This document shows positions 53,501-64,000 of a stretch of 64,000 nucleotides of DNA, piece by piece. The position numbers and the translations under genes are program-made. How positions within the stretch are numbered: position 1 is the stretch's first letter; every line of letters begins with the position of its first letter. Origin of the DNA: Paraspadella gotoi (taxonomy: Eukaryota > Animalia > Chaetognatha); the NCBI GenBank assembly GCA_051294375.1, contig CM119269.1, positions 18,774,471 through 18,838,470 on the forward strand, written 5' to 3'. The notes below the pieces were generated by a model, which searched no databases, was not told where the DNA came from, and was given only the letters and a program-made list of their open reading frames with translations.

Positions 53501-56500
53501 ATGGAGGACCAGGAGGACCGGGAGGACCAGGCGGACCTGGAGGACCTGGAGGACCTGCTGGACCTGGAGGACCGGGTGGACCTGGAGGACCAACTACCAC
53601 TCCTGGACCTACTACAACTACTTCTACTAATAAAGCTGGTGAACCAGGTGGGCCTGGTGGTCCACTTGGAAATGGAGGACCAGGAGGACCGGGAGGCCAG
53701 GTGGACCTGGAGGACCTGGAGGACCTGCTGGACCTGGAGGTCCGGGTGGACCTGGAGGACCAACTACCACTCCTGGACCTACTACAACTACTTCTACTAA
53801 TATACCCGGTAAACCAGGTGGACCTGGTGGTCCACTTGGGAATGCAGGACCAGGAGGACCGGGAGGACCAGGTGGACCTGGAGGACCTGGAGGACCTGCT
53901 GGACCTGGAGGTCCGGGTGGACCTGGAGGACCAACTACCACTCCTGGACCTACTACAACTACTTCTACTAATATACCTGGTCAACCAGGTGGGCCTGGTG
54001 GACCAGGAGGAAACGGCGGACCTGGCGGACCAGGAGGACCAGGCGGACCTGGAGGGCCTGGTGGACCTGGTGGGCCAACAACTACCCCTTATCCTACAAC
54101 GGGAAAGCCAGGGCAAACCACAACTCCAGGGGTCACAACCAAGCCGACACCCACACCTCCAACTAAACCCGAGACTGTCGAATTGCGGAGGATTACTATG
54201 CTTAGGAGAGTCAAAGCAGGTTGGATCAATTTACTTAATATCACGTAATTTTTTGGGGTTCAGTTCTACATCTATCAATTGATCTCCTTCACATAAGCTG
54301 CTGCAGCAGTCACGCCTCCTGACCGTTTTTAGTCGGATCTGCTTATCAGCAGATTCCGACTCTATAATTCACTTTGTCGGTCCGTCGGTCCGCCACCACA
54401 ATCTTGTCGGTCATTCACTTAAATCATGTCACAACATTGAATTATGATAAATTAAGTAAATAAAAACTATGTCCGTCCGTCTGTCTGTCCGTCTGTAGGT
54501 TCGTCCATCCCCTTTAGCATTAAACTCCAATAACTTGTGATTGGATGGATAAATTGGAAAGAAATTTTGTGTGTGGATAGGAAAGTGTGTGATTGAGTTG
54601 AATATAAAGTTCCGATGGAATTTTGCAAGGGGAAATGAGTTTAAATGGAAAAAACAAAAGTCATGTTTACCGAAAAATTTTTTACTTATAATTACGTATA
54701 ATTATTCTATTTATTCAGAATTGCATGGATGAACAGCGATACAATTTTGGTTGAGGGTAAAAGTTTGTCATTAAGCTAGCTATTAAGTTTTGATGGAATG
54801 GTGCAAGTAATATAATGGTTGAACTGCAAGTAATATAAAAATTATTAAAACAATTATGCAATTTGAGCATATTATGCAAGTTGAGCAAATTATGCAAGAT
54901 AGCCAAATTATGCAAGTTGACCAAATAATGCAACTAGGCCAAATTATGACAGTTGACCAAATTATACCAGTTGACCAAATTAATCCAGTTTACCAAATTA
55001 TGCCAGTTGACCAAATTATGCCAGTTGACAAAATATGCCAGTTGACCAAATTATGCCTGTTGACCAAATATTGCAAGTGAACCAAATTTTTGAAGTAGAC
55101 CAAATTTTGCAAGTTAACCAAATTATGCCAGTTGATCAAATTAGGCAAGTTGCTAAATTATGCCAGTTGACTAAATTATGGTGGTTGGTATTGGCGCAGC
55201 TCCTGGTAATGATTGATAGATAAATTGATTTATAGATATGTTCATAAATTTATAAAAAAGTCTCTTATGATTTGTTATGTTATGATTTGTTATGATCTGT
55301 TAAGACAACAAATTGAAAGTCAGAAAGAATTATAGTGATTTAACAGCGGAATAGCTTATTACCGCTTAATTATCGTAGGCAGATCCGACATTGTTTGCTC
55401 AAACTCAAAAAATCTATTAAACATTTAAAAAAATTACAATTATTTCTACTTCCAAGTCAAATTGGAATTACGTAGCTCTAGTTCATTGTTGAAATTATGT
55501 AGGATTCAAATAAGATTCATTTTATAATTCTATTGAGATTCAGGAAAAAAACAAGGAGAGTGATTTCACTCTCTCTCTCCCTCCTCTTTCTTTTCTGTCT
55601 CTTGCTCTCTCAGCTCTCTTTGTTTGTCTTTCTCTTTTATATGCTTAAAAAGGCTCTCAAATAAAAATATGTTAAAAATATTTTTGTAAATTTATTGTAT
55701 GATTTATGTATAAAGTAAAAATTATTAAAAAAATGGGAGAATCGTTGAAATCTTAACGTTCATTTGTTTTCGTCTTCAGGCAAGCCCAAGCCAGGACCTA
55801 ACCAGGTAGTCTTTGAATGCCCCAATCCATGCGACAAGCCAATGAAGCACAAGGACAGCAGCACCAAGTGCCCCATCTACAAGTGTGAGCGCCGCCCAAG
55901 ACCTAACTACCCAAAACCGGTAAGACATTTTTATTATAACTAACTAATAACTACATTTCTTTAGGTTTTGGTCTTTTTTCTTTTTATTTCCGTTTTTTCT
56001 TCATTTTTTTTGGCGACTTGTTATCTGTCTTTTAAGTACTATTCGAGTCACTTACAATAAATTTTGAAAAACAAAATTAACAATTTGGTATTGAATATTG
56101 TAACTTTTAGAAATCGATGCAGATGAGTTCATCAATCCTAGGAGAGTATTTTTCTTTCTTTCCTAGAATTGTACCGAGTGTCAAAAGGAGTGGTCGGTCA
56201 CGGACCGATGCGGCCACCATCGCGATGTGTGCAAGTGCGTAAAAGTGCCAGAGTGCAAACCCCCGATTCCGCCACCGAAGGAGTGCCACAAGATCGTCAA
56301 GGTTGACCTCAAAGAGACGGCCTGCACTAAAAACAAGACGACCTGCGAGAGATGTTATCGTTACGAGTACGAACCCATCAAGATCAAGCCTATCGTCAAA
56401 AAGGTGCGTCCCTTAATTTAAAGAGAAAAATTTATAGGAAAAATATTATTTTCCTTTTATTTATTTTTATTAGTCTACTTATTTTTGTTGCGGGAATAGT

Positions 56501-58955
56501 AATTTGTTTGTAAAACAAAACCATGTATGTAACATCTGAAGAGACAGTGATTATTGTTATGTGTTAGTGACAGAACCGTTCAATATAAGCAGTCCCTGAG
56601 CTTCGGATCAGGCTGTAACACCATGTTACTGGCGGGTTAAGCGCCCCATCCCTCTTAACTGCTAGGCGACCACCGGGCAAGAACTCCGGACCTTTGGGTT
56701 GGGAGGTGAATGACTTGCCTCCGGCACCAATGGCCGCTGATGAACGGTTGGTGGATTTTAGTCCACCATACATCCCCCCCTCCCGTAGGGAAAAATCTGT
56801 TGCGTCTCTTCAGTGAATTGTTGGTGAAAAGTACGTCACCAAGTTGAGGCATGTTGCCTCATGTGTTGTTGGCGGAAAGTGCATAGCCAGGTTGAGGCAT
56901 GTCGCCTGAAAGTGTTGTTGTTGCTGTAGTGTTCGGAAGTTGGGCTCACCAATGAAGAGACAGTGATTATTGTTATGTGTTAGTGACAGAACTGTTCAAT
57001 ATAAGCAGTCCCTGAGCTTCGGATCAGGCTGTAACACCATGTTACAGGCGGGTTAAGCGCCCCGTCCCTCTTAACTGCAAGGCGACCACCGGGCTAGAAC
57101 CCCAGACCTTTGGGTTGGGAGGCAAATGACTTGCCTCCGGCACCAATGGCCGCTGATGAACGGTTGGTGGATTTTAGTCCACCATACATCTTTTATAAAT
57201 TATTTTTCGTCTTCAGCAATGAGTAGTTTTTAATATCATTAACTTGTTTACGTATTTTTCTCTTTCTTATATACAGTGCAATGCCGATTGTCTGGAGGAA
57301 AAGATAATAAAGGGCAAATGCGGGTCCTACGCCGTCGTTTGCGCCTGCAAGGACGTCAAGAACTGCTTCCCCAACAAGCCCAAGTGCCCCAGCGACAAGT
57401 GAGTTGTTTGTGAATTGCATCTCTCCAGTTGTGACCACCTTTCAGAAATATTAATGGCGACATTTGCTAAATATCTAGATTTACTTGTTTGTTTTTTTTT
57501 GTCTGCCCCTTATCGGTAATAAATATTTTTTCAAAACTGTATGGTTCAGTTACGGATTTATTTAAAGCAAAATCACCCAAAAAATGTTATCAATGCGCTC
57601 TTCATGCTCTCTATCAAGGTGTCCCAAGTGTCACAAAATGGAGAAGAAATACATCAAGGACCTCTCCAAGTGCGTGAAGAAGAAGAACGGCACTATGGTC
57701 TGCAAGAAATGCTATAATTGGTTTCCGGTCCCGATCAAAATCAATAGCACTCTTCCTGAGGTCAGTTAAGGGTCAGCATTTACGTTTGCGCGTCGTAAAT
57801 AAGTCGCTTCCAAAACTGATTTATTATCATTTTAATTTTAATTTTAAACGTTATTTTTCATGAAAACTCTCTCAAATGATATTTTGTGATCTTTAATAAA
57901 AATAAAAGGTTAAAGATAAAGAGATTTTCCCCCTGACATTTTGACATTTTTGGTCGGTCCAAGTCTAAGTCTAAGTCTAAGTCCAAGTCTAAATTGAGTT
58001 TTCTTAAATCCTCATTTTTTCCTCCCCGACCAAACAGAACTGCGACTTCCGTTGCAAGTCGTTGGTGCCGGTCAGCAAGGATTGCGGTTCCGCCGTCACT
58101 TGTCAATGCATCGATAAAAAACCCAAGTGAGTCATAGACATTAGACATTAGACAAGTACTAGTAAAAGTCAAAAATATTTTTTGTCAAATTTGTTTCCAC
58201 TACGAAATCTGATTCAAAGCCGACATTAGTTTTAACAATAGCAAATACTACGAATTTATTATCGGTGACTAGGTTCTGCCAGCCAAAGAAGAAGGTTCCA
58301 TCCAAATGCTACGAAGCCAAGAAGATCAAAAATAAGGAAGATTTCATGTGCACCAAGGACAACAGCACTTGCGTGCCATGCTGGAGCTGGGAGTACACGA
58401 AGAAGGAGTGCACGAACAATAAGACGGTGAGATAGATAATAATGTTGACGATTGTGCTGGTGATGTTGTTGTTGGTGATTATGGATATATGATGATAATG
58501 ATGAATTCATGTTGACAATTATGTAATGACGATGATAAACCTCGATGATTTACACAAAAAATAATAAAGCCTGAGATGATAAACAAAATATATATACATA
58601 TATATACATACTTTCAAAGTTAATAAATATATTTAATAAATAATAAACTTTCCTTGCAGACATGCTTGAAACCTTGCCAAAGCAAAGTGGAGGTTCACGA
58701 CAAATGCGGTTGTTACGTCGAGAAATGCAAGAATCACGTGATCAAGGACTGCCAGCCGACCAAGCCAACCTACGATCCATGCTTCAAAGAACCTAAGAAG
58801 AATTACACTGGCGCCACCTCTTACAATGACCAAAACAAAATATGCGAAAAGTCAGTACCGGTTCTTAAAGAAAGTGAAGTCAATTTTTACGTACTCTCGT
58901 TTTTTTTAAAGTGATGGGAAGAAAGAACCTTTTTTTTTAATAGAAAAACCGTAAA

Positions 58956-58987
<32 letters not shown>

Positions 58988-61122
58988 TATATCATCTTTC
59001 TATGATTACATCAGTTTAATTATATTTTTTGATTAACTTTTTATAAAAATCCAATATAATATTTAAAGATTTAAAATTTTCTATTAAATGATAATAAATT
59101 TATTATTGTTTACAACAAGGACGTTTTTATTAAATGATTTACTCGCTGATAAAGACTAACATATAACGTTTTTGTAAACAATAATAAACTTATTTTTCGT
59201 TCTCTAATGTAATGTATACATTTTTTTATTGCTAAAGATGTTACGAATGGAAGATCGAGAAAAAGAAGCTTCCACCACGAGACGAATGCAAGCACAAGGA
59301 CTTGCCCAAAAAGTGCTACTCTAAGTACACCGTCAAAGGTTAGGCTTTGATTTAAATAGTGAATTAAGTTATTTTGCATAAATGAATATTTTTAAATTAA
59401 ATTTTTCATTCTTTTTTCTCGTCCTCGTCCTCACCTCCCACGCAGGTAAGTGCGACCAGTTGATCACCAAGTGCAGCCGCAACGACGACGTCTGCGTGGA
59501 GCGCTACGAGGGTCCCAAGCCTTGCCCCAAGGGGCTCAAGAAGGTCACCCTTAAGTCACGTTGCGGAAAATCTCGCGATGTCTGCGTCAGCTGCAAGAGA
59601 ATCGCCAGAGGATTCAAGCCAATCACCTTCCCTCTTTCCTGCTACACCCAAAGAACCCTCTACGTCCTGGGTGCCTGCAAAGTCGCCATGTAAGGGAAAT
59701 GGAAGGGACAAAAGGGAAGCGGTAGCAAAAAGGAAGAAGAAAAAAAAAGGAAGAAATTGATTAGAAAATGGGATTATCAATGTTACGAAAAGTTATTGAG
59801 AGAAGGACAAACTATTAAATAAAACGGAAGGGTAAGCGAAAACAGGGAAAAAAGAAAATGGATATAAGGCCAATGAAAATGTAAAAAAAAACAAAAAACC
59901 AAGCAATGAATGAAGATAAAATCGTCAAATGATTATGATTATTACTACACGTTCACTATATGTTCGCAGCTACGACAAGAAAGAGTGCGACTGGAATAAG
60001 CTGATCGTCAAACCTTGCCCGAAACCCGGAATGGCCCGCAAGATCTTCACCGACAAGTGCAACTGTCCTCATCTGGAATGCTCTGGTAAGTTCTCGAGGG
60101 TGAACATTTTCATTCAATCTAAATTATTTTCCTCAAAGTTCATTATTGACCTGTTCACTGTTCAGTATTCTTCCTAGCCATCTTCCATACTTCCCATCAG
60201 GTTGCCCATCTAACATCCACCTCGACATTCAACTGATCCTCGACCACTCCGGCTCAGTCGGAGCTAAGAATGGGGAGCACATGCGCAAGATGATTCGCGA
60301 CCAAATCGTGGCCCAGCTCGTCGATCCCAAGATGCAGCGCGTCGCCATGATGTATTACGGAACATCACAGTTGGTCGTCAGGTACTACTATAACGAGACT
60401 CATTGGCGCTGCCATTTTGATTTTGTTTTTTTCCACAATAGGGGCGATTAAGAATTTTATTTAATGACAATTTACAAATTCCCAGTACCTTGAACGATGA
60501 ACTCACTCCCTCGGACATGAACAAAAAGCTCTTCAATTACCGAAATATGGGAAGGACCCACACTGGCAAGGCGCTTCGAGTTGCTCGAGAAAAGTTCCAA
60601 CCGCAAATGAAGGCCTCATCCAAAAAGGTTGGATTTCAAAAAGGAAGGACACAAATATTAGCCGAGACTCACGTAATTGTTTCTTTTTAAAAAAAATTAA
60701 CCATAAACTGTCTCACTAGGTACTCGTGCTCTTTACGGACGGCAATAACAACGGCAAAGAGGATGTGCGCGAGGAAGCGAAAAAGTGGAAGGCGTTGGGC
60801 GTGCATTTGTTCGCCGTCGGTTTCGACAAATCCAGCAAAAACGGTTAGGGTTGCCAGTGACCTTAGTTTTCATTTCTTTTATTATATTTCATTCTTTTAT
60901 TTTTTTTTTCTTTGCTCTTCTTTTCTCTTCTTTTCTTTCATCATCGATTTTTTTAATTCATTTTTTTAATTAAAAAATTTAAAAAAATATTTATTTCGCG
61001 CAGACTTGGCGCTGGTCGGGGAACTCGACTCCTTCAAACTGAAGACTTTGGACGACGTCGAGAAATTCGTTAAGACGACGCTCATGCCCAAGATCTGCGG
61101 GACTTCAGTCATCAAGGTCTAA
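50349..61122 (+). CDS. Large secreted-type mosaic protein (Cys-rich / discoidin-like / Thr-rich+(GPG)n repeats / Cys-Lys repeats / VWA), 5' incomplete. Exons: 50349(or 50372)-50403, 50790-50994, 51127-51219, 51371-54219, 55780-55919, 56167-56403, 57277-57398, 57619-57760, 58038-58126, 58273-58426, 58660-58850, 59238-59338, 59446-59689, 59970-60085, 60201-60381, 60486-60627, 60720-60843, 61004-61122
   Basis: All junctions are phase-compatible. VWA: [19 protein letters not shown]...GRTHTGKAL...KVLVLFTDG...GVHLFAVGF...PKIC. Stop TAA at 61120-61122, AATAAA at ~61402. Single-base indels are confined to the repeat array. Confidence 0.85.
51935..54090 (+). repeat. Coding tandem repeat, 171-bp/57-aa unit, ~11 copies with one unique spacer (~53035-53160)
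   Basis: Unit [14 protein letters not shown](I/K)(P/A)G(K/E/Q)[39 protein letters not shown]. Confidence 0.95.
54326..55406 (+). mobile_element. Helentron/DINE-like element family 1 with 18-bp central minisatellite
   Basis: Same head hairpin, (GTCY)n, GTTGACCAAATTATGCCA array, 3' subTIR GCAGATCCGAC and GTTTGCTCAAAC hairpin. Confidence 0.82.
56537..57188 (-). mobile_element. TRIM, copy 2, in an intron of the mosaic gene
   Basis: Two 236-bp LTRs (56537-56772, 56953-57188) with TG..CA ends, PBS TGGTGAGCCC, PPT GGGAGGGGGGGA. Confidence 0.9.
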
Positions 61123-61587
61123 AGCCTCTGCTTAATCTTGGCCTCGGGATTGACCGAACCGAACCCGAAACGCGGGAAAAAATACGCGAATATGAATTCA
61201 CGAAACATAACAGGAAATCTGGATAATATAGTCCGCTGTAAATATAACGGTTAAACAGTCGTCCTTTCTTAATCATTGCTTTCATACTCTTTTTTTTATG
61301 TTTGTGTAGTACAACTTGCTTTTTGATCTCAAATCGTTCCTTCGAAACAAAACAAATTCAAAAAAACGAACGTCGTGCCTCGATTGTAATCATAGTTAAA
61401 AAATAAATATAGTTGTAAATTCGTTAATTATAAATGTGGTTATTTCGTTATCTTTATGCATAGGGCAGTAAAAGTTTAATAATTACAGATAGACTTTTAT
61501 AAAGGAAGAAAGACGAAAATATGATTGATTGTATAGCTGCAAGTGTCCGGAGAAAACGGCACCTCCCTGTAAATATATATATATATC

Positions 61588-62867
61588 TGTAGTCGGGCAT
61601 TGCCTAGGTTCACCCCGCCTAGAATCATGACACTTTCAGTTGTGACCCGGTGGCTCATTGAGTAAAGCTTTTCTTCTATCATCAACCGTGTCAGTCACGG
61701 TTCCCTAGACACCCCGTAAAAGAAAATAGAAATAACCCATTTTTAAAACATAAAAAAATTAAAAATATGTTTTTACTACATCGTAGTAAAAAAATTGTGA
61801 TCCAAGCAAGTTTTTTTAAATTAAAGTTTTGTTATATTTTTTATACAAAATAATGAGAAATTATCAACTACTTATTATTCTTTGTGAAATTTTAATTTCT
61901 TTATATCAATTATTATCTACTGAAAGAGAGCTTTAATTTGAACTCACTCTCATTAGCCTACGGTTCTTGTTCTTAAGTATTAATGAAAATATCTCAATTT
62001 ATAACAAAAATACTAACAATTTGGTAATTAATATGTGAAAGACTTATTCATTTCTTATTTAATAAAAAACTATAGAAATGTAACATACTATTGTTTAGCT
62101 TGAAAATTAACCTAATTTTAAATTTTTCTTCAACAAATAACTACTATGAAATGTTATGTATAAAATTTTAAATTTTAAATATATATTTTTAAATAATTAA
62201 ACATTAAGCAAGAGTATAATGAGTAATATTATATGTCCAAAAATATCCTCACTTTATGAGCTTTCTTTTGAGTCTAATCTCAGTTCTTAAGGATAATTTA
62301 TTTCAATTCCCAGAATATGCTTAAAAAGAAATATCAAAATATCACAATTCCACAAAATGCTTAAAAAGTAAAAAAATAATCAAAAAATATTATCTTAATT
62401 TTTAATTTTCGATCGATTTGGTCATAAAAGATAGAAAAGTATCCTAATAATAGATTAAATGTCATATACAAAGGTTTTTTATCAAACATGACTTGTGTTT
62501 CCCGTTTTTTCTCTATATACAAATAAAATTGTGATTTGTCTATTTTTTGCTAATATTTTAAGCTTTATAAAATATAAAATAAATATAAACATAATCATAA
62601 AATATGACTATTTCTGATTAAAATAAAATATTATAAAAAATGAAAGAAATAATGTCAGCACCGAAATCTATTTTTAGTAATTTCTTAGAGGAGAGAGAGA
62701 GAGAGTGTGAGAGAGAGAGAGTCAGGTGTAAAAATAATCTTTTTAAAGATTATTTTGTTAAAAACAGCAAATTTTTAGGATGTGGAATTTGATAAGTGAT
62801 CATCTCCTGGTCACAACTGAAAGATTCATCTTATAGGCGGGGTGAACCTAGGCAATGCCCGACTACA
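61588..62867. mobile_element. Non-autonomous TIR element with perfect ~33-bp TGT...ACA TIRs
   Basis: TGTAGTCGGGCATTGCCTAGGTTCACCCCGCCTA / TAGGCGGGGTGAACCTAGGCAATGCCCGACTACA; no clear TSD; third TIR copy at ~43398. Confidence 0.8.
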
Positions 62868-64000
62868 GTCTTAACCCCCCTCTTTTCCTATCTCTCTCTC
62901 TCACTCTCTCTCTGCAGTCTCATTAGAGCTGGACCTCCCTTTATTTAAACTAGCTTAACTAAATTGCTCTTTATCTATATTCAAGACTAATCAACAAACA
63001 AACCATCAACAAACCATCAACAAATAATAACAAAAAACAAACGCGAAATTTGAAAAGAATCCTGTGGAACCGCATACAGTATCTAATTTTTACCATTTTT
63101 GTGACGACCTCAATCAATTTTCTAATACGCGGTTTGGTATTATCGTTAATATATACATATACCATTAAAAAAAGCAATTCTGAACTTGAAAAGCTAAGAA
63201 AAAAGAATATGAAACCAAGAAGAAAAAAAAGGGAAAAGAAGGAAAATAAAAGAGAAAATAATTTTCTGATGTCTGATTTTGATGTCTCGTTTTGTCTCGT
63301 TTTCCGCTTGGCCCTTTTGTTGATCGAGGGGTTAAGGGAGGTCAGCACGAGGCGTGGAGAAACCACCCGGCCCTCTAACGACGTCCGTCGGAATAAATAA
63401 ATAAAAACGAAAACAAAAAGAGACCGACTTAGAAATACCAAGCAGAAAGGTAGGTCTTGTGAAACGAAATGGGGAAATAGTGAATGAAGAATTTAATCGT
63501 TGAAAATGAAAATACGATTTAATATTTATTTTAAATATTGGTAGATATCGAACATTAAAAACAAAAACATAGAAATATTACGGATATAATATTGGTGAGT
63601 TGAGTTAAATTTAATATGAAAATTTTCAAATTACTTGTTTCACTATTTTTTTAAAAATTTTTTATTTTTATATTATTATGAAAGATATTACCATTTAATC
63701 TATATTCTTTAAAGTATTATATATATTAGCTTTCTTAAGAATTTTTTTTACTTATCATTATATCTAATAACATGCAATTTTGGAATGGGAAGTTCAGTGT
63801 TGTTCTCTGGAAATAGAGGGGAGCATCTAACAACCAAGGTTAGATTACAATAACTGTCGCTAGGTTTTCTAAATAGATATCCACATCATTCCTGTTAGAA
63901 TAGTCATTAACTGAAAAATCATAATATCTAATAGGGCTGAACAGAAAGGGGTGGGAATGGATAATTTTTTGATGGGGGACCAAAAGTTATATATGATTTT

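Noticed and set aside
51906-54116. Minus-strand ORFs encoding (GPP)n collagen
   Set aside because: Antisense shadow of GGA-CCT-GGA codons; interrupted by poly-Val (antisense of Thr). Splice sites and flanking domains are all on the + strand.

Overview
AT-rich, intron-rich eukaryotic DNA, most likely from an invertebrate animal, with GC-rich exons. Most short ORFs in the supplied track are microsatellite or antisense artefacts. Three spliced plus-strand genes can be built by hand: (1) the last three exons of CNOT2/NOT2; (2) a complete 19-coding-exon Na+/K+-ATPase alpha subunit; (3) a large, probably secreted mosaic protein, 5' end lost near an N gap. Gene 3 reads Cys-rich module / discoidin(F5/8C)-like fold apparently split by about 11 x 57-aa Thr-rich + (GPG)n repeats / Cys-Lys-rich repeats / C-terminal VWA with intact MIDAS. 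Introns and intergenic DNA are packed with non-autonomous mobile elements: nested Tc1/mariner-type TIR elements, a Transib-like element with CACAGTG ends and a 5-bp TSD, Helentron/DINE-like elements, MITEs, two TRIM retroelements with highly structured LTRs, and minimal hammerhead-ribozyme relics. Splice donors fall into two sharply separated classes and include two GC-AG introns. All calls come from manual reading; no database searches or folding programs were run.
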